The position numbers and the translations under genes are program-made. DNA of 63,244 bases, the filler included, from Reticulomyxa filosa (lineage: Eukaryota > Protista > Foraminifera): NCBI GenBank assembly GCA_000512085.1. It is 20 parts of 20 records of this genome, joined end to end, with 100 filler letters (N's around TTAATTAATTAA, not from the genome) between each part and the next. Parts side by side here need not be neighbours in the genome. Positions count along the whole stretch, not along the records: positions 38,361 to 39,719 come from ASPP01035097.1; positions 39,820 to 41,245 come from ASPP01048232.1; positions 41,346 to 42,361 come from ASPP01017570.1; positions 42,462 to 43,737 come from ASPP01021078.1; positions 43,838 to 46,231 come from ASPP01010523.1; positions 46,332 to 48,128 come from ASPP01017018.1; 14 more parts are not named here. The stretch is one strand, 5' to 3'. Positions within the stretch are counted from its first letter, which is position 1. Each line of letters opens with the position of its first letter. The notes beneath the pieces were generated by a model. It worked only from the letters and a program-made list of their open reading frames with translations, did not search any database and was not told the origin of the DNA. This document shows positions 38,361 to 48,228 of this stretch, piece by piece.

Positions 38361-38860
38361 AGACGCAATGCATCACATTCAGACACCAGAACAAGAAGAA
38401 ATTCTCAAAGATGCAATTGACATTGAAGCAGTCAAGTTTAAAGGAATGTGTTCATTGTTTCTTGATTCTCACATGACTTATTCCAAGCATGTCAATTATG
38501 TCTATGGCAAGGCAGCGAGGAAACTTGGATATTCACCAACTGCGACTTAAATCTTGGTACCGCAAACATTCCAGGAAATGTTCAATAGTCTCTTCTTCTT
38601 CACAACAAATACAATTAGGAGACTATGATCTTTGGATGTTAAACAAATAATCATTCAATCCAACTTTGCCAGTGATCAGCCGACAAATAATCTTGCGTTC
38701 ACTAAATGTCAATGAATGCATTAACAATCTTCTCAAATGATTGTGCTTCCATCAGGCTAGATAAGAAATATCGGAGCATCACATGTATTGGATTATCCGC
38801 TACTTCACATATCCAACGTCTGTTTCATTGCTCTGTGAAATAGGGATTCAATCCATGATT
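38361..38860 (+). mobile_element. Decayed non-LTR (LINE) reverse-transcriptase fragment
   Basis: VKFKG...LFLDSHMTYSKHVNYVYGKAARKLGY resembles the VKYLG..LD..L....H....KA...LG.L region after RT domain 7. Confidence 0.6.
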
Positions 38861-40109
38861 AAAAAAATAAATAAATATATATCACTTATCATCATTGGCA
38901 AACTCAAGCCAAAAGCAGGGGTACAAAACCTAAGTCTTAGGGAAGGGACGAATGTCCAATACATCTCCCATGGCGAAATGGCGAAAAAAGTTTCCAACCT
39001 CAAAATGCGGAGGCCAAAGGCATCCGCCAGCGGAACGCGAGGAAGCCTTTGGCTTCCTCGCGTCAAATTATCAAACAAATGTTGTTTTTGTGTGTTCCAA
39101 TTCTGGGACCCCCAAACGTGGATTACAGTTTGCTGGCAACAGTCTTCATTCAGACTTTAATGAATTAATTGCTTTTTAGGGCTTTTACAAACATAGGATA
39201 TTTTATTTTTGATCATAGTGATTTGATTTCTGTCATTTATTTGTTTGAATTTTAAATTTTTTGAAAGTGCAGCCAGTTGGAACAAAATCCACGCTGTTCT
39301 CCCTTTATTAAGATTGTGAGCTACTGGGTTTTTATGGAACTTCGGCTTTGTGATATCAATTGGTCTGATCAAAATTTACGTTGGTATTCCTCAATTTTAT
39401 GAATGAAATATTAAAATGTTTTTGATTATTGTTTTTTATGTTTTACAAATTTTGATATTGAAATTTATTTTACTGTTGGTCTTTCCCTTTGTTGTTTAAG
39501 GATTTTGCATGAAACATGCAATTGTTGTTTGTTGATTACTTTGTAAGACATTGTATTCTTAGTACTATATTCCTTGTAAGTGAGGTGCTTGTTTATGGTG
39601 TTATTTCTTTTTAAATTTCGATAATACAACTTTCTCTCTAAAAAAAAAAAATCCATAATATTCAGGATTAACAGATAATGTTATAAAGAAATCTAAACTT
39701 CAATCGTCAACTTTTCAAGNNNNNNNNNNNNNNNNNNNNNNNNNNNNNNNNNNNNNNNNNNNNTTAATTAATTAANNNNNNNNNNNNNNNNNNNNNNNNN
39801 NNNNNNNNNNNNNNNNNNNGATAATATTACTTTTGAATCATTTGCTATTTTGTTATACATGATTTGTTGATTAATCAATATTTGACAACAATAAGAGTTT
39901 GATATCATTATTGGGATAATTCCAATTATCAAGTAGATATCTTTCAAAAAAAAAATTAGAGTTTTATCATTTTTAGTTTTTTAGAAAAATTATATTGTTT
40001 TATTGTAGTTTATTACATATCATTGAATCACTACAGTAAATTTAACAGAAAACTGAACTTGTAATATAAAAGTTCATTAAAAAAAAAGTTCAAAATTAAT
40101 CAATCATCA

Positions 40110-40612
40110 TATCTGTTCATCCTGTTTATGATTACATATTATTACTAGGTATGTTTATATGTTGCTTCTGTTCATGATTACATTGTTTTTCAGTATGACT
40201 AACTGTTGCAATTGAGTATGCTTACCTGTTGCTCCTGCTTGTTCCTATTGTTAATGCTTACATGTTGTTACTGTTTATGCTTACCTGTTGTTCCTGTTTA
40301 TGTTTACCTGTTGATATTCCTTATTCTTACTTGTTGTTCCTGTTCATGCTTACCAGTTGCTCCTGTTTATGCTTATACGTTCATATTATTAATACTTACA
40401 TGTTGTTACTGCTGCTATTGTTTATGATTATATGTTGCTATTGTGTATGCTTACCTGTTGTTCCTGCTATGCTTACATGTTGCTCCTGTGTATGCTTACC
40501 TGTTGCTCCTGCTTATGCTTTGCCGTTTATGCTTGCTTGTTGTCACTGCTTATGCTTTACTGTTTATGCTTACATGTTGATATTGTTTATGCTTACATGT
40601 TGTTCATGTGTT
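40110..40612. repeat. Degenerate ~20-21-bp minisatellite (consensus TGTTTATGCTTACCTGTTGCTCC-like)
   Basis: More than 20 imperfect copies of atgcttac(c/a)tgttg(c/t)tcctg. Confidence 0.88.
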
Positions 40613-40615
40613 AAT

Positions 40616-40988
40616 GACAAGATGGCTCCAGTCAAGATGGCTCCAGTCAAGATTGTCCCGCCCAAGATGGTTGCTGACAAGATGGCCCCAGTCAAGATTG
40701 TTCCAGCAAAGATGGTCCCTGCCAAGATGACTCCAGTCAAGATGGTTCCGGCCAAGATGGTTGCTGCCAAGATGGATCCAGTCCAGATTGTTCCAGCCAA
40801 GATGGTTCATGACGAGATTGACAGTCAAGATTGTTCCTGCTAAGATGGTTCCAGTCAAGATGGTACCTGCTACGATTGTTCCGGTCAAGATGGTTCCGGC
40901 CAAGATGGCTCCAGTCAAGATTGTTCAGGTAAAGATGGTCAATGTCAAGATGGATCCTGACAAGATTATTCATGCCAAGATTATATCA
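40616..40988. repeat. 15-bp tandem array, 25 units (consensus GYCAAGATKGYYCCN)
   Basis: Units counted directly. One unit near 40815-40825 has a 2-nt deletion. Confidence 0.92.
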
Positions 40989-41345
40989 ACTATCATTTAT
41001 AATCAACTATCATTTATTATACTAAAATATCAATTATGATTATCATAATCAACAATAATTTAAAATATTTGTTTTGTTTTTTTGATATTATTATTGATAT
41101 TATGTTATTATATTGTTATTGTTATTGTTATTTGGTATTAATATTATTATTTAGTATTGATATTATTATTTGGTATTGTTATTTGATATTGTTATTTGGA
41201 CGTTATCTAGATCGTTATTTAGATAGTTATTGGGTCCTATAAAAANNNNNNNNNNNNNNNNNNNNNNNNNNNNNNNNNNNNNNNNNNNNTTAATTAATTA
41301 ANNNNNNNNNNNNNNNNNNNNNNNNNNNNNNNNNNNNNNNNNNNN

Positions 41346-42349
41346 ACTTCGACAATCCGCTGCTCGCGGTGAGCCGAAAGCTCTACGGCATCGACGGCAA
41401 CACGGTCTATCTGTCGCCGGCGCCGCTCTATCACGCGGCTCCGCTGCGCTTCAACATGAGCGTCATGCGGCTGGGCGGCACCTCGGTGATCATGGAGCAT
41501 TTCGACGCCGAGGAGTATCTGTCGCTGATCCCCAAATACCGGATCACGCACACCCAGGTTGTGCCGACCATGTTCGTCCGCTTCCTCAAGCTGCCCGAGG
41601 AGGTGCGCACGAAGTACGACGTCTCGTCGCTGAAATGCGTGATCCATGCCGCCGCGCCGTGCCCGATCCCGACCAAGGAAGCGATGATCCAATGGTGGGG
41701 CCCGATCATCTGGGAATATTACGGCGGCACCGAAGGCAACGGCCTCACCATGTGCAACGCCCAGGAATGGATGGCGCACAAGGGCACGGTCGGCCGCGCC
41801 ATCATCGGCAAGCTCAAGATCTGCGACGACGAGGGCAACGAGCTGCCGACGGGAGAATCCGGCACGGTGTATTTCGCCGAGGGCCGTCCGTTCGAGTATC
41901 ACAACGATCCGAAGAAGACTGCCGAATCGCGCCATCCCAAGGGCTGGAGCACCTTGGGTGACGTGGGCTATCTCGATGCCGACGGCTTCCTGCACCTGAC
42001 CGACCGCAAGGCCTTCATGATCATCTCCGGCGGGGTGAACATCTACCCGCAGGAATGCGAGAACCTGCTGATCAACCATCCGAAGGTGATGGACTGCGCC
42101 GTGTTCGGCGTGCCCAATCCGGACTTCGGCGAGGAAGTGAAGGCCGTCGTGCAGCCGCGCCACATGGCAGACGCCGGCCCGGCGCTCGCGGAAGAGCTGA
42201 TCGCCTACTGCAAGCAGCACCTCTCGGCCATCAAGTGCCCGCGCAGCGTCGACTTCGAAGAGGAGCTGCCACGTCATGCGACCGGCAAGCTCTACAAGCG
42301 CCTGCTGCGCGACCGCTACTGGCAGGGCATGGCGAGCAAGATCGCCTAG
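41346..42349 (+). CDS. Bacterial acyl-CoA synthetase (AMP-binding / ANL superfamily), 5' partial
   Basis: YLSPAPLYHAAP, HAAAPCP, EYYGGTEG, STLGDVGYLD, DRKAFMIISGGVNIYPQE and LPRHATGKL motifs. Very high GC at third positions, intronless. Confidence 0.96.
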
Positions 42350-42514
42350 AAAGGCGGTAGCNNNNNNNNNNNNNNNNNNNNNNNNNNNNNNNNNNNNNNN
42401 NNNNNTTAATTAATTAANNNNNNNNNNNNNNNNNNNNNNNNNNNNNNNNNNNNNNNNNNNNAAAAAAAAAAAAAAAAAATTTTTTTAATTAGTTAAAAAT
42501 AATTTTTTTTTTAT

Positions 42515-42904
42515 TTAAAAAAAAAAAGGTACCCAAAATCCGTCAAACCATGACGATTTTTCAAAATTCAAATACAGTATTCCCCTGCCATGATATACAC
42601 CTTGGCGAAATTCTCCAATGTAGGTGTGCTCCATGCTTGGAATGTTCTCCCTGCCTATGCCCTCGAACACGTTTTGCTTAGATTTTTGCCCTTCGTACAT
42701 GGGCGGGTGTTTCGAAAAATCTTTTTCGCTACCTTCCGTTCCTGAATCTTCTACCTCTTCACTGCACGTGCTTTTGTCACTTGGCACATTTTCAGCTTTA
42801 TCTTCTGAAGATGTTGGAGGGAAATATGCGTCTCCACTATTCAATTTTCGCTTTTTGGAACGATCGGTAGACATTATCGAGAGTTTTTTCTTACTTCTCC
42901 CATT
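42515..42904 (-). CDS. MORN-repeat protein, first exon (3' partial)
   Basis: YIGEFRQGVYHGRGILY...WFDGFW is a MORN motif. Basic NLS-like N-terminus; GT donor near 42531. Confidence 0.65.
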   Translation of the reverse strand, partial: NGRSKKKLSIMSTDRSKKRKLNSGDAYFPPTSSEDKAENVPSDKSTCSEEVEDSGTEGSEKDFSKHPPMYEGQKSKQNVFEGIGRENIPSMEHTYIGEFRQGVYHGRGILYLNFEKSSWFDGFWVPFFF

Positions 42905-43272
42905 CATATCATTTGCTATCCCCCTTTTTTTAAAAAAAGTTTTTGATCTAAAGTAACACAATTGCTTCGAGAAAGGCAGTATTGCAAAAAAAAAAAGGAG
43001 AAAAAAAAAGAACTAATTGATAACTACTTGTTGGATATTATTTTTTTCGTAAGGAAATTCGTTTTTTTGCAATGAAGTCAATTTTTTAACTTTAAAAATG
43101 AACACAAATCTGAACTCATCACAAAAAAAGGTGCAGTAATTAATGCAAAGAAAAAAATCAACATACAATGATTGCGCAGACGCGGTGGAATGCATATTTT
43201 AGAAAATGACTTCAAATTTTTTTTTTTTGTGCATGGTGTGAGTGATCTTCTGAGAGGGGGGGAAAAAAAAGA

Positions 43273-43712
43273 TTAAACTTTGGAAAGAGCGATGCACATG
43301 ACACCAGTAAAGGCAATAGCAATGGCAATACAAAGCATGAGAATGTTATTGAATCCGCGAACTTCTTTGAAGAGCAAGACGCCCCAAAGCGAGGCGACGA
43401 TTTGCGGAGTGCCGCTGACGACGGGAAAGGCCGTCTGCGTGCCGAGCATGGTAACAGCGATGAAAAAGCAGACCTGAGCGACGCCCCAGACAAAGCCGCT
43501 GATGATGCTGGGGAACAAGGCAGCATTGGATAAGGGTTGAGGCGAGTTTTTGGTGAGCACGCTGTAGATGCTGAAATAGATGATCGACGTCAGCAAAATG
43601 CCAGTGAAGTGGCTAAAGGCATAGTCATTCAAGTTATCGGGAAAGTCGTCTCGATTGTGATGAGAATTTATCGTGTATTGAATCGGGCAAAAGCAAGTGC
43701 CATAACAAAAGC
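43273..43712 (-). CDS. TMEM144: TMEM144-like membrane transporter, last exon
   Basis: YAFSHFTGILLTS..YF.IY; PSIISGFVWGVAQ..FFIA; FPVVSGTPQIVASLWGV..FKEVRG..N. Acceptor CAG precedes GFCYGTCFCPIQY. Confidence 0.8.
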
Positions 43713-43906
43713 CTGTTGTTTTTTTTTTTTTTTTTTTNNNNNNNNNNNNNNNNNNNNNNNNNNNNNNNNNNNNNNNNNNNNTTAATTAATTAANNNNNNN
43801 NNNNNNNNNNNNNNNNNNNNNNNNNNNNNNNNNNNNNAAAAAAAAAAAAAAAAAAGGGAATTGTTACAACAATTATCAATATTACGGTGGTTATCCATAC
43901 GGTCTA

Positions 43907-44679
43907 ATGCCTTACATTCCAAGCGCAGATGAATATATGTTCGACTTCCCAGTGAAGATGGAGAACAATAGCAGTTACAACAGCAACAGTAGCACAAGCA
44001 GTAGTAGCAGCAGTAGCAGTGGGATGAGCAACAATAGTAGCAATGGCAGCAATGGGCAAATGCATAAACGTAATGAAAATGGCGATTGTTTCATTCACAC
44101 GAACAGTGAAAATGTCACCGAAAAAAAAGTAAAAACTCAAAAGTGGCAATGTGATCACTGTCCAATGACTTTTCATTACAAAAAAGACAAGACAAATCAC
44201 GAATATATGCATACTGGGGAAAAACCATTTGCGTGCATCTATTGTGGTAAAAAATGGAAGAATAAAACTGCTTTGAAACGACATGTTCACATTCACACAG
44301 GTTAAATTTTAAAAAAAAAAAATGGGCCCCTTTTTCATTGCTTGTTTTCTTCTTTGCTACTTTTTTTGTAAACTTTTTTTTTTTGTCCCCCTTTTGTGAG
44401 TCATTTTTTTACGTAGAATTAACATATGGACGACAATAATCACCAAAAAAAAAAAAAAAAAAATTGTGTTGGGGATAGCTTCTTTCTTTTTCCCTCATTT
44501 AACATGTCTATTGCATACAAATAATAAAAGGAGAGAAACCATACGAATGCAACTGGTGTGAAAAGCGATATACTCAGTCAACCTTGTTGAAAAACCACTG
44601 TGAAAAGGCGCACGGTGTGTTGGTCAAATTTAAAAAAGGAAAAGCTGTTCAAATAGGAATTGTAGGAGCTAATGAATAG
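43907..44679 (+). CDS. C2H2 zinc-finger protein (three fingers, TGEKP linkers)
   Basis: CDHC..H...H-TGEKPF-ACIYC..H...H-TG|EKPYECNWC..H....H. Intron about 44302-44530; stop TAG at 44677-44679. Confidence 0.9.
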
Positions 44680-45215
44680 AGACAAACCCATACTTGCAAA
44701 GTGGACTTTTTTCTTTTTTTTTCTTGTTTTTTTCTTTTTTTCCAACACGGAATAGGTTACATACCTTTTGTGTGAATAGTCTTATTTTTTTTTATGTGTG
44801 TGTGTACATTTGATATATTTGAGGAAAAAAATTAAAAATAAAAATAAAAATAAAAAATTGTACTTCTGGTGGCGATGAACAATGTTTGAGTGCAAAAACT
44901 TACAAAAGTTGTAAACAAATTGACTTTTTTAACTTGAACTTTCATGTATCTTAAAATTTCATTCCCTTTTTCCATGACGAAATTAGACCTGCCTGTTTCA
45001 CTCCGAATTACTTGATGACAAAAAAAACTCTATTATTAATCTACAAGCCAGTATTACACACCAAGAGAAGACAGTCAGTCTTAAAAGAGTAATACCAGCT
45101 CATCTTTTTAAAAAAAAGGGATAAAAGTTTGTGACACTCACAGTGTTCGGAACTCTTTCGTGTCAGTATAAAAAAATACTACAATTTTTCCTATTTTATT
45201 TAGTCCTCAGACAAA

Positions 45216-46231
45216 ATGTCCAGCCATTATGACGAAAAGAACTCTCAAGAGACGCAAAAAAAGGCAAAAAGTGCAGAAAAACCAAAATCAACAGTTGTCC
45301 CCGAAGTGAATCCCGCTGTTGAAAAAGCGTCGACTGTTGAAAAAAAATCAGAAGGGAAAATCACAGCGACAGCATCAGTAACTTCGACAACTGTGGACAT
45401 TGACAAAGAAGAAAAGTCGTCACAGCCACCGCTTTATTCATTGGATAGTTTCGACAATCCGCGACGGTTTATACGTGGTAATGATTATCAAGTTTTGTAT
45501 GTTGCAAAGCGATCGAAACAAAAGCAACAAGAATTTTTTTTTTGCATTGTCACCATATATGTATGTATACGTATGAAAATGAATGGCGCGGATTTGCAGA
45601 AAGAGTTGAATAGTCTGAAACTGGAATACAAGGACAAATACAAAGAACTGTACCCACGGAAACTGAATCCTTTGAGACCCGAAGATAAAAACAAACACCA
45701 AATAAAAATCATGCAGTTTAATGTATTGGCCGATGGTTTGAGCGGGTTGTATTCAAATAGTCAAAAAGATGACAAAGCGTTCGTTGGTGTTCCGCAAGAG
45801 TCATTAGAATTTAACTACCGTGGTTTTCGAGTTATTGAAGAGATTATGAGACACGATCCAGATATTGTCACCATGGAAGAAGTCGATCAGTTTGAAGTAT
45901 GTTTTTTTTTTTTTTTAACTTTATATTTTTCTAAACCATGCATAGTGACATTATTTTTTTGAATTTACTTTTTTTTTTTTTTGCTTCCGTACGTATACTT
46001 TTGCTGGGGAAAAAATTGTGTTCCAGTTCTTTCAGCATTATTTGAAAGGATATACAGGCTTTCACTCACCAAAGAAAAGCAGTCCATGTTTAGAAATTGG
46101 CCGTGAGTTGAATAAGAAGATGCTGCCCGATGGTGTCGCCACATTTTATAAAACCAAAAATTTCAAGCTTGTCGATTCTCGGTTATTTGGCAAACAACGT
46201 AATGAAAATGAGGTTCTTTTTTTTTTTTTTT
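45216..46231 (+). CDS. Nocturnin-like EEP-family phosphatase (3' partial)
   Basis: IKIMQFNVLADGLS; RVIEEIMRHDPDIVTMEEVD; PKKSSPCL...PDGVATFY matches the nocturnin pattern PKxxSPCL...PDGCALF. Confidence 0.85.
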
Positions 46232-46331
46232 NNNNNNNNNNNNNNNNNNNNNNNNNNNNNNNNNNNNNNNNNNNNTTAATTAATTAANNNNNNNNNNNNN
46301 NNNNNNNNNNNNNNNNNNNNNNNNNNNNNNN

Positions 46332-46557
46332 TATAGAATTTGGAAATAAAGCATTAGAATTGAGATTGAATAAATTAGATTCAAATTATCCACGTATTGC
46401 TGCTTCATATTGTATATTAGGAGATTCATATTGTAAAAAAGAAGACAAAATGGAGGCAAGGAATTGTTATGAAAATGCGTTGTCAATTTATACTCAAGAA
46501 TTGAGTAAAGATCATCAAGATACAAAAGAAGTCTTATCAAAATTGAAAAATCTGTAA
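46332..46557 (+). CDS. TPR-repeat protein, C-terminal fragment
   Basis: ALELRLNKLDSNYPRIAASYCILGD...YENALSIY...HQDTKEV closely parallels the end of the 28172-30390 TPR gene. Confidence 0.85.
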
Positions 46558-46999
46558 GTATGTGTTTGATTTGATAAATGTTAAAAATAAAGATTAAGCA
46601 TCATCCTCTACTGTCATTCATTACTCCATTAAAAAAAGAGAATGACTATCTAATTTTATTCTCAATAAAATAATTAAAAGATTTTTGTTATATAATCATT
46701 TATTAAAATTTTCAATATAATCAAATTAATTAACAGCCCTTTTATTGATTTTGAGAGGAAAAAAAAATTCAAATATATTTTTTTATCTTCGTACACTAGA
46801 GGTGATATGCACATATTAAATTGTTTCTTCACGAAGAAAATCATTCTATGTATCAAATTTCTTTTGCATTCTACTTATGTTTAGACTCAGTTTCAAATAA
46901 ATTATTCTTTGAATATTATTCAATTTTTTATTTTAATCAAAATATTTTGAAAGAAAAGAGTTTAGTTTTTCTATCTTTCATTATCTAAAATCACCTCAA

Positions 47000-48128
47000 A
47001 AAAATGAATGCTCTTATCTAAAATAGCTTCTTTAAAATTTATTCCTTCAAAAAATCCATAATCTAAAATAGCATTTGATATATATTTGAATTATTTTTAG
47101 AAGATTCAATTAATCTAAATAATCTTATTTTAAATTTAAATATATTATATTATTATCATATATTCATTCTGCAATAAATTGAATAATTCCTATCTCTTCA
47201 TTTAATAATTATGATTAATTAGCAATTTATTAGAATCTATTTCAAATTGTTGTTGAAATTGTTCATTATTATTATTAGGTTTCCATGAAATAATATCAAA
47301 TATAATTTTTTGCGCAGCATAATATTCTTGACATGATTTATGTAAAAATTGATATTTATTATTACCAATTTTTCTTAATATATATTCTGCAATACTATCA
47401 CCATTAAAATATTTGTCCCATATATCTTGTTTATTTTCAATAGTTTTTTTATTATCATTCATTTTTTCATCAATATATTTGATATCCATTTCCATTGTTG
47501 GATCTAATTTATTTAAAATATTATTATCTTCTTTATAATTATCATCTTCTGTTGCAATTTTATTTCTTTGAATAAACATTTCAAATCCTAAATCTTCGCA
47601 ATATTTTTGAAATGCATATTTTATTTTTTTAAAATTTGTTTGTATTCTCAATTCTGATAATTTATTTAAAATATTTTTAATATGAATATCAATCTATAAT
47701 TCATTAAATGCTTCATATACTTGTGATTTTGATATTTTAGTTCCAATTGGATATTGTTTTATTAATATTGGTAATACAGTTAATATCATTCTAAGCAAAA
47801 AAGGTTCTTCTAGCATTTTATTTAAATTTGGATAATTTTTTAATGTTTTTTCATATTGTTTTACTGTCCAATCTAGCTGATTATTTAGTTCATTTTTTTT
47901 ATTCATTTTCACAAATTTATCAATATATCCATTCATTTGTCCTTTTGAAAAGAGCCATAAATATATCATTGATATTGTTGTTATATTTTTTGAACCAATT
48001 AAAACATGTTGAATATCTTCATCATTTAACACATGACTTCGACATGTTACTATAATTTTTGCATTCCAGTCATTTAAATTGAATCGATCATAAAAATCTT
48101 TTACATTATCATTTTTATTATACAGTTG
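47000..48128 (-). pseudogene. NACHT/STAND NTPase-family fragment with premature stop and frameshifts
   Basis: Helical-domain PFLLRMIL and winged-helix YQFLHKSCQEYYAAQKI motifs. In-frame TAG at 47694-47696 and a frameshift near 47202. Confidence 0.72.
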
Positions 48129-48228
48129 NNNNNNNNNNNNNNNNNNNNNNNNNNNNNNNNNNNNNNNNNNNNTTAATTAATTAANNNNNNNNNNNNNNNN
48201 NNNNNNNNNNNNNNNNNNNNNNNNNNNN

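Noticed and set aside
40616-40988. CRISPR array or pentapeptide-repeat protein (VKMVP on plus, TGAIL on minus)
   Set aside because: Units are 15 bp with no unique spacers and no cas genes. A 2-nt deletion breaks the frame and there is no convincing gene context.
41294-42277. 327-aa minus-strand ORF
   Set aside because: Antisense shadow of the high-GC acyl-CoA synthetase.
23187-42361. Bacterial genes interspersed with eukaryotic genes as evidence of large-scale HGT or a gene cluster
   Set aside because: Each bacterial segment fills its own contig between spacers, so there is no physical linkage to host DNA.
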